A stretch of 64,000 bases of DNA, taken from contig CM119371.1 in assembly GCA_051294905.1 (NCBI GenBank), forward strand, positions 13,518,001 through 13,582,000, read 5' to 3'. Under the pieces are notes generated by a model that saw nothing but the letters and a program-made list of their open reading frames with translations, was not told where the DNA came from and did no database searches. Origin of the DNA: Botryllus schlosseri. Taxonomy: Eukaryota. The position numbers and the translations under genes were made by a program. Below, in pieces: positions 13,531 to 28,700 of the stretch. Position 1 is the first letter of the stretch; the number at the start of each line of letters is the position of its first letter.

Positions 13531-13782
13531 AGAGCAATGCCGGAAGGTTTTTGACAATGAATACATCAAGTGGTCTCAAAAGATGCTCAACGACTATGAA
13601 TTCATGAAAAACGTGCAGCGATACGAGATGACGATAGATGTTGATGTCCCAGCAAGAAAAAAGAGGGACTTGCACAGTAGCGGCTGTCCGGAATTCACGG
13701 AAGATTATTTGAAGCAATATCAAAGGTTGAATCAACGCAGCACATCTCCTTGGGAATACATCGTAAATTCAGATGTGAATAG
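13531..13782 (+). CDS. IL-17-family cytokine, internal exon
   Basis: Acceptor ttttctatttcaag|13531 and donor AG|GTACGT. Encodes EQCRKVFDNEYIKWSQKMLNDY...ARKKRDLHSSGCPE...LNQRSTSPWEYIVNSDVNR, including the IL-17 RSxSPWxY motif. Confidence 0.85.
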
Positions 13783-15103
13783 GTACGTAATGCGCATATA
13801 ATTTCACCAATATAGTTTATAAGAATATAGTCGTAAAGTAAGCCAACAGTAGGCTACTCCTCAGCCGGGTGCATTGTACACCCACAGTCTTAGCGAAAAA
13901 AATATGCAGTCAAACCCAAAGGACCGAAAAAGGCAGTGCACGAAAACAGAACCTAACTCGGAATCATATCGCGATCATAAATCCTACGTTCCTACGTGCA
14001 TGTTTCCCTACCGCCTACGGACATACTTCCCTACGTTCCTACGTGTATGCATAATTTGGATTCAAATCTTGTACTCGATTTATACCGCGGTATACATCTG
14101 AGGTATGTTCTGGTTTCCTGTGCCATGGGTGTATATTCACACCCGTATATCAGGGATGGCAGAAGGGTGGAAATACTCACCCTTTTCGCTAAGAGAGTGC
14201 GTAATGCTGTACCAGAATGTTAAATGGTATGCCACTTTTAAGGGTTGTACTAGGGTGTATCAGTGGACCTGACCGCAACTTGCAGCTGATAATGATGCCG
14301 TTTTTAGCTATCACAAGGGCGAGATTGATGACCGTGTTTTAGTCAATATATAGCTTTTCACTTATTACTCCTAGACTGGGTACTCCTATAACTTTTATAT
14401 AAACATAATAAGGGAATACTATTTCGTAGAAGATTAGAGAACACTGGTCTAGCATACTACGTATAGCAACGAATCCTTTCAGTAAAATGAAACCCTTTTA
14501 GTCATATAAACACGCACAACTTAATACTTGGTTTCCCCTCAGCCTATACTACAGGAGAATATATGTAATATATATCAAGTCCACATTAAGTTTTGTATTC
14601 ATTCACAAGTAATACTTTTTATAGCCTCCATCTAATATCACACGGAAATTCAATACCTATCTCAACGCAATACCGAGAATAAAATCATATCTGGTTCATG
14701 GAAAATTAATGCTGAAAACACGTTCTGTCATAGTAGTAATTACAAGGGAACATTCAGACAGAGACGAGACATTTATTCAAGGCTTGTGGAACCCTATTGC
14801 GATATTCGACACCATTTGGGAAATTGAAATTATATATGCCATTCTCGATGGGTTCAGCGTGACGGTAACGTAATAATGATAATGCAACCGGCTCACCGGT
14901 TCATATAACAACTGACACAAAAACGCCACGTGAGCTTATCAATTGTGCATCTATGAAGTAAAAAGGCATAATGCCGCAAGAAGCTAGCTATGATTATAGC
15001 AATATACATAGCGGGAGGATTTCCTGCGTAGCCTGAAACCAATTTAATTCGATATAATTATCGACGTATTATAGATTTGACTCACTACATTTTTGCATCA
15101 CAG

Positions 15104-15293
15104 GATCCCGGAGAGACTTATCGACAGTTTATGTCGCTGTAACGGTTGTATCAGCTTAATCACGGCGGTGGAGGATTCTGCTAACTCCAGTAGCATACCG
15201 CTGCGTATAACCGTTCCTGTACTCCTGTATGGGCAGCAAACCACCGTCGAGGTCCACATAGGATGCACATGCACGACTCCCATAGTTTTATGA
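15104..15293 (+). CDS. IL-17-family cytokine, last exon (cystine-knot)
   Basis: Acceptor ttttgcatcacag|G joins in phase 2 to give DVNRIPERLIDSLCRCNGC...NSSSIPLRITVPVL...EVHIGCTCTTPIVL*. This matches IL-17 CxCxGC and V.VGCTC motifs. Confidence 0.88.
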
Positions 15294-15313
15294 TTTGCAG
15301 TTTTCTATTGACT

Positions 15314-15319
15314 AATAAA
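15314..15319 (+). promoter_or_regulatory. candidate polyadenylation signal of IL-17-like gene
   Basis: AATAAA (overlapping AATAAATAAA) about 20 bp after the stop codon. Confidence 0.45.
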
Positions 15320-15578
15320 TAAATTCATTTTTATATGTTTTCATCAACAGTCAATATCTGAGTGTTTAGTAGGCCTATTACGTAGCTATGAGCTTTGAAT
15401 AATATAGCTATTTTTACAACTAATTTTTGGATTAAAGTTCGCTTTTAACATACAAGTATTATTATAACGTATGTTGACTTCATGTGGGTGTCGCTGGTTC
15501 AACATGTCAACAGGGTAGTCTCACAAAGAATTTAGCTTTGCGATACACACTGTCATACGTTTGATATAGACTAATAAG

Positions 15579-16630
15579 TAGGGCCATTTAAAGTCATTAA
15601 AGTCATATTTTTTTCTATGCATCAGTAAGTCGTGAAATCAATTTTAACGCGAAAACCACGTCCCTATGGGGTATATTATGAAAGTTATAAAGTCATATAA
15701 AGTCATATTTTCCTTGTTAGGTCATATTTGAGTTATAAAGTCATATTGTTGTATACTTTAAATGAAAAGTGCCAATTTAGGCGGTGAAGCAATTAAGCAC
15801 TAAGAAAGTAGGGCAATTTCTGATTGAACGAAGGCAAGCTGTAAGGTTAGCCTACATCGCATTACAGTCACAGACCTATGAGGTCACACATAGCATTATG
15901 AGGTCACACATTGCATTGTGTTGCTACACAATCTGTTTTACTTCTGTGCGTTGAAGTAGGACGTCATTTGAAGTTCATTCAGTGGGTAGGCAGGCTAAAA
16001 AGCTCTATCTTGGTCTACTTATATACAAATACATTTGGGTTTGAATAAAATAGTATTTACGATGGGCACCACGATAATAAATAATTGAAGAATTGGTCAC
16101 CGAAATATGCCTCCACTACAACAATATTTCAAACTTGATGCAGAAAATGGAAAGTTGTAAGTACACCATCAGAGAGGCTAATGCTGATCTAAATGCCCTT
16201 GATTTCAGAAAAGATCCGCTGGAGCTCAAAAATTACATTAAGAAGCGAGTTGACAAAAACGATGTTAAACAAATTATGGAGCTACAAAGGCAAGGCATTT
16301 CACCAGCGCTGTATGCAAAACTGCAGAAGTGTCAATCCACATCAGCGTCTGTGGAGCGCTCATTTTCCTTACTTAAGTCATTTTACGTCCAAATTGTCAC
16401 TTTAAAGACTCCAACATTCCACACAACATGAAACTGTACTACAATAGTGGTTTAAAATAAAAATGGATGCGTATTACTGCTATGTTGTGCATGTTTCACT
16501 CCTCAGTTCCATGAGTGACGTTGGTTACATATAAAAATACACTATTTTCACATAAAGTCATATAAAGTCATATTTTCCATAAAATAAAGTCATATAATTG
16601 ATTTTTTAAGGTCATATAAAAATGGCCCTA
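15579..16630 (+). mobile_element. hAT deletion derivative with transposase C-terminal remnant
   Basis: TIRs TAGGGCCATTT / AAATGGCCCTA; perfect TSD CTAATAAG; AAGTCATA subterminal repeats. ORF 16093-16431 contains STSASVERSFSLLK (hAT dimerisation-region motif). Confidence 0.85.
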
Positions 16631-19600
16631 CTAATAAGGCAAAAGCTTGACAACCTGATGAATTAGTTTTCGATGCACATTATCTGTTTGCTTCATAGCA
16701 TAGAGGCAGGTTAAACCTTTTGAGCGTATAGGTTGCACAATGGTGGTGCTCCTCGCCCGCGACTCAAGACCGGCGACCCACAGAACTGCTATGTCACCAT
16801 CGGAAAGAGGTCATTTTGCAATCGGAAAATTACATATATCTGACGCACAGGACCTACGTCATACACCAACTGTATATTTGAAGTCATATGAATTACTCTA
16901 AATAAACCTACAGGTTTATATGATGCCATGAATGCATCATAATATGGAATAGTTGTTTTGATCGCGTATTCAATAACATCGTGTGTAAAATATTGTGGTA
17001 AAGCAACAGTAAATCAGTTTCGCGAAGTCTTTGTGCTGCGTAAAGCGACGTAAATAGTTTGTCAAACCCAGCGATCTGCAGAGATAGCGATTTCAATGAA
17101 ATTTTATGATGTCTCAATTCAGCGCAATTGCTAGACATTGTTTTACATATCATGGAAGCAAATTTGGTAGCAAATTAAAGTGGAGCCATGCCATACATAG
17201 ATAATAATATATAGGCCATAACGGAATATATCATGGTAACGCCATTATAATTACTCGATAGATTAAATACCACATATTATCTTCAATTTATGTCCAGGAG
17301 GTGAAAAGCCGATAGGACATGTGGTGTGATATACTATGTGTGCCGTATGAACTATCGATAGGAAGGAATACGTGTAAGATACATCGTTGTACGACCTCGT
17401 TTTTTCTACGAAATATATATTTGCGAGTGTAAACATTGCAAATATATGATTCAACATTACATTTTGAAGACGATTCGCATATCGTCTGTACGATTGGTTC
17501 AATAAAATTACAAGTCGTGGAGACAGAAACAAGGAAATTTATCCGTATGATCTTGATATACGTCTGTACGAGACAGGCTCCGTGGTACGTAAGCCAACAA
17601 GCCGTTCGCTGCCGTGGAGGCCGGTCCGTCGAAAGGAAGACATACACAGCGAATTCGACAAGTAACATTCTGGAGTCAGACACAAGTTAAACATCATAAA
17701 GACATTCGCCCTGCGGTTTATATGCCCTTCAAGTATATATATGTGCCGTTATTTTTCTCTAAAATAGATTTGAGCTACAAAGCCGAATCCAAAAGTAAAA
17801 ATTGTTATCATTGCCGGATCGTCAAATCAATATCCGGCTATAAAAAGTGACACTCGCTGTAGAAGAGACATCAATTTCGAGAAGCTTGCGGACACAATAT
17901 GCGTTTCTGGTTTCGTGCTACACGCGAAGCGACATCTTCCCGACTCTTCAAAATCCATTTAATTCAAGTCAGAAAAGTATAAAATACGGGTCGAAAGCGC
18001 ACTCCTCTTCGGAAGTTGATAATAATGGCCCGATTAAATTTTTTATCCGATCCAAGACATACAATGTACAACGCTATATACAGGATACAGTGCGATGGAA
18101 GAATAGGAGAATGCTGAAACGATAAGTTATGGTCTCTTAATCTTGCATCCACCGCGGATTAATCTGCGACGTCACAATTGTTCGATGTTAATAACGCTGG
18201 TCAACAAAATTTGACAGAACATCTAGCAGTGTTATCTGGATATTTTAAAATCGCTGATTATGGCAGGAAAACTGCGATTCGCGAGACGCATGCAGCTCTT
18301 TCAGCCTTTGATTGCGGCTCTGCAATGATTGCACAAATGCACAATATCCACATACGCTTCCCCGTTTTACTGGATGCGTTTACGCAAGACTTGTAAAATA
18401 TGGGGGAAGGTGGCACTACCGGGTTAAAAATTTGCAATAGAACTCTTGAAGTATAACAGCTACGAACTGCTTTGATGTCATATCTACTAATATTAACGAC
18501 GAAATTCATTCGTAAATCTGAAAAACTTTCGCACTTCGTGCTTCCTCTTCCATGAAGGACCCCTCACTATTTCGGTGCGTATAGTAAGCCAGTATGAAAT
18601 AACTAGATTTAGTCCGGAGTTCACCGGAAATGGACATGGACAGTTTAAAATGGGTATTTGGCGTTTAGCTAGTTCGTTACGACCATGCCGTGGAATGCGA
18701 ACGTATGCTACATGAGTAATCGAAATGCGGCCATTAATATCAAGAAGTTTGGCAGCCCCTGGCATGAAGAACCCTCACGTGCACCGCAGTTATTCAATCA
18801 ATCTGTAGGCCTACTGGACCTGGTGCGAGATCTTTGTTTGTAAAAATAGCAGTCTGTCAAGCTTAGAAATTGTACTTTTGCGCAAAAGAAATATATTTAC
18901 CCCTGTACCAATTGGTCATTCTACCAAGATGCGAGATAAGTATGGAGCTATCTGAGGTTGTCTGAAAAGCTTAACTACAATAGTCATATGCGACTCATCT
19001 CTGTTGACTTCTAAATCGTCAATATTCTACATGGCCAACAAGTTGGTCAGGTCACCAAGTATACCTGTTTGCTATGTGAGACAGCAGGACAGGGATCCAG
19101 CACTGGTCCAAGAAGAAAGAAATAAGGCCGGAATGAACCAGTCTTCAAGTTGTAACATCAGTATAATCAATGAGCATTTGGTACCGGGGGATAGAAATGT
19201 CTTTCGTCCTCAGTACATCAAAATAATGACGTTTGATTAATGAAGCAATTCGTCAAAGCACTAATCGTAGAGGGGAATTGCTTTATTTCAATCTGCAGAC
19301 TATTCAGTCATCTTGATATATTTCCTGATCATCTTGGTGATTATAGTGAGTAGCAAGGGAAAAGGTTCCACCAAGATACCACAACAACAATAATAGAAAG
19401 TGTTGTACCCTTTGATAGAGCTCAACACGATCGATTCCTAGGCTTTTAGTAACATAAAAGTAAGCTAGTGTATCTGAATACAACACGGCAATAAAGCAGA
19501 GTTAACGCGGGTACAACGAAAACAAACGATGCCTCACCCGACTAGTACAGAATGGACATGGTCACGAGACGTAAAAGATAACCAACAACCAGAAAGCAAT

Positions 19601-22144
19601 CAGCAGAAACACCATCTAGTGACCAAAGGTACTGAATCACCACAGAAATATGTCAGAGTAAATTAGATGGGCATACTATCGCAAGCTATTGCTGGAATCT
19701 TTCGGGAAATTGCCCTAAATCGGTTACAAGCGCCAATCGCACAAGAAACAATTCTATTTTAAAATATATGATTGGGAATATTATTATTATTATTGTATTC
19801 CAGGTGCTTTATATGACATAAAACTGATCAAATGATTGCAACATCATTTGAGTAACCTATGTAAGGTTGGAGTTTATTTACATGATATCCATGGAAGTCT
19901 TCAGCAAGGATAAATAGAATATCCCGAGAATTTATTGATGTTGCTGCAATATGATTTTAAACTGCCTAAAGCATATACGAATACCAATTTGATTGAATTT
20001 CTGAACTTTATAATGCGAATGATCTTTGCATTATGTTCTTGAGCAATCCGGACTTTGCAACGGTTTCGCATCAGCGTTTTCGCGGCTGCAAATAACCGCC
20101 TCGACGTCACGGGCTTGTTACTATTATATAATTTGGTTCGTAGTAATAATTTACTACGTGATCAACATAAATCGTAGCACATCACGGTAACTTATACGTT
20201 TTAATTTTATCATATTCTCTCATTACTGCATTACTGCAGCCTGAGAATATAATCTCGTTCCCAGCGTTTAAGTTTTAGACTCAATCCACGCTACATATAC
20301 GACTATCAGGTATATGAAAAACGGTATTGAGTGCATCTGTGCCAGGCTGAGAATTAACTAACCAGGACAGTAACGGACGCATGGTCATCAAGTCGCTGGT
20401 ACAGCGCAACCCATAATATTTGGTGACGTACCATTGTACGTCACGCAGAGCAAAGTTTTTTAATCCGTTGCCCCGCCTCAACTTTGTATAGTTTACGATC
20501 AGTACAGCGTGATCTTGCAAGCGTGCATTCATGGATTCGATTATGCTTAATTGTACTTTGTTTCGTGCTGAACAGAGACATCTAAAACACTTCTATCAGC
20601 AGAATCGGCGATCATCCGACTGATGCGTACTTTCTCATCGAAACATTTGCTTTGTTTGCGATCCTGGAGCTGGTGGTTCAAGCGAACTGGTTTCGTGTCA
20701 GGCTTCGAATCCCTCTACAGAATTCTGCAGAAAAAGAGCAAATGAAAGCGGTTGAAAAAGAAAAGACATTAGACTCAGGTCTGTTTATTATTGCCTCAAA
20801 TTGTGTCTTGTTTGTCGCATCGAATATTATGTATCTTACGCTAATGAAAATGATAGAGCCACAGATAATGATTATGATTCGCAGTAAAACATTCGCAATA
20901 TCACAAGCCCTAATGTGTTTTCATCAAGAGACATGCAGCTCATGTTACTAAAGGGCGGAACATGGTCGAAATGAGGACTTCTTCATTGTTGAATCCGGGG
21001 CTTTTCTGTTTTAGTTCACAAGATACTAGTGCAGATTTTAACTTTGCTTAGGTTCACTTTACAACTGCGATTCAGCGTTTACAAACACTAACTTTATAAA
21101 GAATAGATTTCACAACTGTGCGTGTGTGACCAACCAACTGATCAACTAAATAACCATATATCTGAAACCTACAGAACTAAATCGCCAGAATATGATTGCA
21201 TCGCATCAAAAAAGATGATAGTTTATTTTCGGTATAATAAGGGTTGCTTCGTTAACTACATTCATGTTAATTATAGGAACGGTGTGCAGTAATCCCTATG
21301 TTTTAACAATCTGAATTCAATATGAGCAAAGGTCTCTACCACATTTTTAGTGGACATACTAGTCGCACATACCAATAACGCAATAACCCCCAACTCAATA
21401 GATATACCCTCCCCGCATCCCAAACTCAGACGTGGATTCGGGATGTGTATAGTGTACATTGGGCTCGAAACCAATGGGTATATGCCCGTTGGTTGTTATA
21501 ACAACCTTGATTTGATCCCGAATATTGCACATATAATAGGGTAACCATATTTTGAAATCGGGAGAGGAGGACACTTTTACCTAATCATAAAAGTTGGTTT
21601 TGGGTTGACTAAAAACCATGTAATGATTAGATCGTTAACTAGTCAAGTGGCCACCGGCACGATTCAAGCACGAAATATTTTCAATATTTAATTCCCAACC
21701 CGAAAAGACGGACCGGACTTCGAACACTTCCCCATTGTGTTTAGTTCAGTCCGTAAATATGGGGCACCAGACCATGGCAATTGCTGAAAAGAGGCTCAGT
21801 TGGAAAAAAGGTTAAGAACCACTGGTATGCGCTGTTTGAGCAACAGACTGCGACAGGAAATATGACACAACTATATGGAATTATATGTGTCCAAATTCAG
21901 CAGAATTTCTAATGCTTGCAAAATTGAGTCATGACTATAATGCGTTCGTTAAAACACGGATAGAATGGACTGGACGTCACTTTTGCGTATCTGTGTCCAA
22001 CAAGTTACCAAGAGTTGAAAGCTCGTTAACCTATCTTGGTAAGTAAAGGTCCGGATAAACGGGAGTGACTGCTTGGATTGTTTCCGTAGCGAGTAGCCTA
22101 CCTCAGGACACATATATAAGTTATCAAATAATGGTGTGGTGATA

Positions 22145-22350
22145 GGTTTGTTTTTGTGATATTCATGGTGTTGGTCGACTACTATGGTCATTTACACAAG
22201 GCCGATATTGTTCATTATTTTCCGTAACTGCCGACTTATAGCACGGCCTACCTCTAGGCTTTTGTAAGACACCGCCGACGCGGATGACGTGGCGAGGAGG
22301 AGCCTAGATAAACCTCAAAGACTTAAGGATCGAAATTCTGAAGTCGACCT
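22145..22350 (-). mobile_element. SINE, same family as 41676-41951, 5'-truncated
   Basis: Reverse complement of the SINE body GCCGTGCTATAAGTCGGCAGTTACGGAAA...GACCATAGTAGTCGAC..CACCATGAATA. Confidence 0.8.
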
Positions 22351-24650
22351 CAAAGATAGCCTACCCTGCCTAGTCTATTCAAACCAGCATGATTGCTTGC
22401 TTAAGTTCTTCTTCACTGTCGACATATTAATTTGCTGGATGCGACTGGACGTAGGGCAGTGCTTGTGACACATAAGATTCATGTTCGTATTGAGCAGGCA
22501 ATGTACGACCCGCGGGGCAAATGCGACCCGCGACGAGATTTTGAGCGGCTGGTGAAAAGTTACCTGGAATTCAGAATATATAAAACCTACTTTTGAATGT
22601 TAATCCTGAACTAAAATCATCGGCTGTATAAACTGAACCGCGCATTTGCCCACTAAGAAGCATGTTTATGCATGTGCCGCGATTACTTAGCCTACGCACG
22701 TCGTATGAGTAATCCAGATTCAGAATAAAGCCGATATAGCAATGTGTGCCGTAAATATTGAAGTTGCGAGAAGTCACTGTTTCCATAGAGTTTAGTTCAA
22801 GCATTATTTGTTGCCATTCTCGTATTTACACGTTCTGTACTTCAAATTGTTACATAATATATGTGATACGTTTCCAAATCCCTAAACCAGGTGTGGGCTG
22901 ACTTACGAAAATTCCAAGTAGATCCGGAGCACTAAACATTTGTTAGCCAGAGTTAGAGAACAACCTGTCCTTTTCGTTTGTGGCTATATCAGGTCGCCGT
23001 GGAGTACAATTCAAGTCGGTATTATGACAACAATAAAGACGAAGACAGGCTCAGCAATGGCGATTTTCGAAATCACTGCTATAGTGCAGTTTGGTATTTT
23101 ACCAAACTGGACACTGCTCGGGAGCGACCAACACATTGTAGCATCCAAAATAAATTTTAATGTCTCAATAGAAAAACGTGCCTGCTGGGTTATGAAAGAG
23201 TTTAAAATCTATTATGTTCATCATTGTTCATCATTACATTATGACACCGACAAAATATTAGTTTTTGTTAATTAACCGTCACTTTCTCCTTTCTTAATAC
23301 CATATATCGAGACTCGAAAAAGAGGATACTTTTCTAAAATTCTCAAAGCTATAGTGCCGGAAAGAAAACGAGTGATTTGGAAATTTTTCAAGTAATTAGT
23401 GTTAACAAAAAAAGGCCATTTGTTCGATCTTGACTCCCGAAATACCTGCTGGGCCGTACTATCGTTTATCTTCTTGCCAACTCTGAGTGCGGTTTGGTTC
23501 GGTGAGTTGGAATCCAGTTTTGATCGCATTTTAACACTTTTTCTAAAAAAAGAGGACGAATTCCCAACAAATAGGACATCAAGTAATCGGTGTGGATAAA
23601 AATCACTGTATCTTGAATATATTCGGATTGTTCGCGAAACGCTGGTGTAACCCGTGAGAGCGAATAATCATTCAAATATTGTGTGTTTCACTGAGTCTCG
23701 ATTTACCGCAAACGAAGTGATCGAAGCTTACGTTGTCGTAACTCGAGTAGTAAAGTAATAAAATAGCGAAATGTCTATTTCAGTTCTCTGTTCTTACCTT
23801 AACCAAACCTCTTGTCTTATTGAAATCGAATATATTTTATATAGTTCTCAACCATTGGCGCAGGCTCGAATTGTATCATCAATTTGTAAATGGGTAATGT
23901 GTGGCATCTTATCAAATCGTTTGTCTATTCCCTATTTTGGCTGGTAACTTTAAACTGAGGCTATGCAATATGAGGTTCGTTCTACGTATATATGAGCGAT
24001 GCAGCATGTCCTTGCGAGTATATTCAACTATATATTCGTTCATTGGTAAGGAATTAATGACCACTCAATCTGTATTTCAGACAGCTAGCAAATTGCAATG
24101 ACGTAATCATGCCTCATACTTCGAAAAGGCCCCTTGACTTAAAATATGACTTGACTCGACTTGACTCGAGTCAACCCCAAAAATCGAGTGACCTGACTTG
24201 ACTTGAGTCACCTTTGCAAATCGATTGACTTGACTTGACTCGAGTCAAAATGTGGAATGTCTCGAAATGACTCCTGGCTCGAAAGTAGTGACTTGATCCC
24301 AACACTGCTTTTCAATAGTGATAATCCGCTATTACTCTATGTGACACAGCATGTGAGGTTGAACCATTCGAAGCAAAAACTGTTTCTAAATACTTATGAC
24401 ATTCCTTCTAATAATAGGTCCAATAATAGGACTCGTGGCCACATACTTGTACCGTAGATGTTTGGATTTGGGTTTTCACGCCTTTTAAAGGTTGCAGTTC
24501 AGTCAAATTTGGTTTACAAAGTTATTGTAGGCCACATGAAAAATAAACTCATGAGACCAGACATTTTGAAAAAAAAAGTTTTGCTATAGGCTTACTGAAG
24601 TATGAATATTAACTACAAATCACGAATTTTCCTATTGTGTTATTTGTATA

Positions 24651-24763
24651 AATTATTTAAATAATATTCTCGCATTGAAATAATTCCGAATATTTTCAGC
24701 TGACATTCATCAGGGGTAATCGTCGGCCGCTGATGTGGGTCGATTATGAGCAGGGGCTACAAC
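24651..24763. mobile_element. old Penelope-like element, piece 1: inverted pLTR with decayed hammerhead
   Basis: Reverse complement of 24686-24727 is GCCGACGATTACCCCTGATGAATGTCAGCTGAAAATATTCGG, homologous to the pLTR at 53124-53165. Confidence 0.7.
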
Positions 24764-25755
24764 TAGGGTTGCAATTAAAACCACACGGTGTTTTAAAACA
24801 GTTTATTTAAGGCCCTAAGGTGCAGCTAGACTCACAAAATTTTCAAATCGCGGTATGTTATGAACGGTCAATCCTAAATTCTCAAAAATTGTGGTGTAAG
24901 CTATTTATACCCAACTTCACATACTGTATAAATTTCAGGATTTCACAATAATTTCTTGCGCCCAAATTGGGGGGGGGGGAGATTGGTGAATAGGGAATTG
25001 CGGGGGAGTTAGCGTAGTGGTGACGATCATGCCTACCACGATCGTGCCTACCAAGCACGCGGATCTGGTTCCCGCCGGAGGTTCATTTGGGCCCCTCTTC
25101 CCTCGCTGTCGCCGTTCTTACGGCGACAAAAAGCCCAGTAAAAATACCCGCAGAAAGAAAGCACTCACAAGGAATGGAAAGAACTAGTGGAAAGGGCCGC
25201 GGCTTCAAAAAGATCAACATCGAAAAAAAAAGAGCTGTGACATCGCCCAGCAAACACTCGATTTCCAGTTGACTTCCTGCGGAATAGCCGCAGGGCGCCC
25301 AGCGTTACTTCCCTGGAGTGAATTTGTCGACTACTAGAAGCGTCCTAAACACTTCCTGAGTTGGTCTACTATAGACGTGAAGTGACTCCATATGGACTCA
25401 TTGGATCTGCTGTGAACGTGACGTGACTCCCTATGGATGCGTCAGACCTACTGTGGACGTGACGTGACTCCCTATGGATATGTCATTTACCACCTGTTCT
25501 ATTCCTCAGGATTACCATACCAGGACTCCCATCCACACCTGGTGCAATTACATGGAATTCAACATCATATAAACTAACGAACTGTTTATATTGGGTTACT
25601 GAAAACCGACAATTGCAAAATAACTAATAACTAATGAACTATTACTTGTTAACAAAGTTCAGGCTTACGTGAAAAATCGATCAGGAAATCACTACGAATA
25701 AATGTGTCAGTGGGATTTTGTATATAACAGCAAGTTCTAAGTCAATTTTAAAATA

Positions 25756-28700
25756 CACTGTAAAAAATAAAAACCTCGATTTACCGCGAAATGTTTGGAA
25801 GCACGGTAGCCAGACATTTCGTGGTAATTTAACATTACCGTTAGTCAATGTAAATTGAACTTACATTCGTCCGGTAATCTCACTTTACACGCCAGACTGT
25901 AATGTTACAGTCACCTCCGGTATATCCAATCTACATTTTATCCTGTATATTTGCCACCCAGACTGTAATTTTACTGCCTACCTACATACATGCTGTCTGT
26001 GTAAATCAGGATTACATACCAGCTTGTAAATTCACGTACATCCCATACCTATCGCAAAACAACCTGATGCTAAAATATCGCAAAAGCTTCTTCACAGCCC
26101 CAAAACGAGATTGGAACAAACTGTATATTCATTCATGATTCACGATGAGAAGATTATCGATGGAAAAGTATTGCGGCTGGTGGTCTAATTCTTCTTTAGG
26201 AGACATGCAGTAACACGAGTGGTCTCCCACCATCGGCCAATCTTTCAATTGTTTCTCTTTTTCGTCCTCATTCTTTCTGTGTAGCTAGTATCTTGCAGCT
26301 CCACTAAAAAGAATTCATGCGTAAGTCGCTATAATAAGCAAAGTTCCTAACCTAGACATGACATTATAAAGACTACCAAGACAAAGAGGGTAACAAAAAT
26401 ATAACAATTTTTGAAGTACCGGTACTGATACATTGTGTGGTGACGGCTCCGCCTTTTACATGATATAGCAGAGATTCATGACCTACTTCACCATGCACTT
26501 TATTGCATGCTGTTATTTCTTGACCCCCGATCAGGATTGTCCAATGTCCAGCGTATCGGTAGTGGAAATATATTGAAATCGCCCAAATGTACCATAAAAA
26601 AAATTCTTTCGTGAGGAGCACACGATTCTGATTCCTGGTCAGATTTAGAAGGGCGCTACTATATTAAAATCGAAAAATTAAGTTATGTTGAATTGAGTGG
26701 AGCGCGAAAAAAATTTCAAGAATAATTAAAATCTCTAAAAAAATTGGGAGTGAATTAGTAATTTCAATTTGCATGTCGACGGATGCTAACACATACTAAT
26801 TGAATTAGATGTTGGCGGCCGCACAAATTCCCATCTCCGGCAGCAGGTTGCCCATCCCTGATCTTATGTCTTACGCCATTCAGCCATTGAATCCGTATTC
26901 CAGTCTTTAACATTTTCGACAAATTTCCCCAAACTTGTTTGAAAATAGCAAAAAATAACATTGGACAGGACATCAATTTGTTTCAAGGTAGGTTGCACTG
27001 AGACTAACCCTAATGCTGGTAGTGTCTACAGAGAACAAGGCGTCGTTCTGTACTGCCATGCCCAATTTGATCAGTTTTGGAATTGAATTGAATTAAATTG
27101 TGTTGATATAGGGTAGCTTAATTGAGGGCGAAACCGAGCAACCAATATTGCATCGAAGTCTGTCTTACGCAGTGCAGTTCGCCAGCTATTAACAACAGCT
27201 ATCCAGCGCAACGAGCTTTAGGCTACTGCCAAAGCTATGAAGTAATGAATGACTTACACGTGGGAATTCCTCTAAATCTTCAAAGAATATCACAAATTTG
27301 CTTAAATGAAGTTGAGGGCGACTGCTGGAGTTTGAATTTGGCGAGCTTTCTTGAATACGAAATAAGTTTCATCTTCAACAATCGTCTTCTGAAAATGGTT
27401 GTGAAACACATGTTTAGTCAGAATTCATACAGACTTTGTCAATTTCTCGCGTTCCCCAGGTTGAGAACCACTGATCTTATGTATTGAAGCGAAAGGTTCC
27501 TCATTTGAGGTGGCATGCGTACCAAACAAATCTAGCAGTGGATGTAAACATGTCTATGTTATGGCCCAAAATGACATAAACATACCAAAAGTTTCAACTA
27601 CTCCGCGGCAGAGTATGTGGTGTCACAGGTCAGTATATAGGTCGACTAACATCCCAAAATAGAACAGAGAATGCGGCGAATGAAATATTTCAATCATGAA
27701 ATCAAAGTCATCCCGGTGGTGTGCACAGTCGTAGATATTCAAGGTAACGAATATTATGTAGTACTGTACCTTTTACGATGCGTATCCCAATCAGCATTCC
27801 TAGGAATCTTCAACGATCGTGTCCACTTTCTTCAAGCACAAGCTTCGCTCCACCCTTTGCTCAAATCTCTATAATTGCTAGACGACGATACGCCAGTCGC
27901 CACTCTAACGATTTCAAAATAAGTGGTATTCATCCGCTGACATGCAACCAATAATATTTACTGGTCACTGCGTTATAATGTTTGATTTAGGTCGTTTTTT
28001 TTTTACAGAAACATTTATCATTACATCTAGTCCTTTTCTTTCCCATCTAATTGCGTATAAATTGATATTTATTCCATGTGATGTCACTACTTACCGTACT
28101 TACGTAACCAGACGCTGCTTGTGATGTCACAGTGGTGCGTTGGTTGTTTACTACGAATCTCAGAAAAATCAGTAGCGCGTAACGGTAACCTAATGTAAGC
28201 TATTACAGGTCGCCTTGTTCGCCATTAACAACTGGTCAACTTAGCATGCGGCGCTGATATTTCTAGTTTCCCGAACAATATTATACATCCTAAACTGATA
28301 TTCCAACTCATCAGTCCTATCCGTGACAACGAATGTAACCAGCGAGACCGGCCGATAGCCACAGCCTTATAATATAATATAGTGGCTATATCTACGATTG
28401 TCAGTTGTTTCTTTTACCCTACTATGTACTGTGCTGAAATTGGTACTACGGCCAACAATTTCCGTATGACAGACCCCAGTCTCGCGAACGAGGTTGAATC
28501 AGGTCAAATCACCACGAGAATGATATCAGTAACAATCAGTTCCACGTATACATTGACTGCAGAGATTTTCAAGCTAATCAATTTTGCCAATAGCCTGGTA
28601 AACTTCAGAAACGAGCAACTGTCAGTAATTTTGCGAAGAAATTCTGGAAACTTGACTTTAGAGCTAAATTGAGGTAATATTACATATCAAAATGTAAAAT

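Noticed and set aside
20560..21000. Possible hAT Tip100-type zinc-finger remnant
   Set aside because: Too degenerate to support, and no bounding TIR/TSD was identified.
25005..25560. SINE- or LTR-like segment with GTGACGTGACTCCCTATGGA repeats
   Set aside because: An A-box-like motif is present but there is no clear B-box, tail, TSD or second copy, so it cannot be classified.
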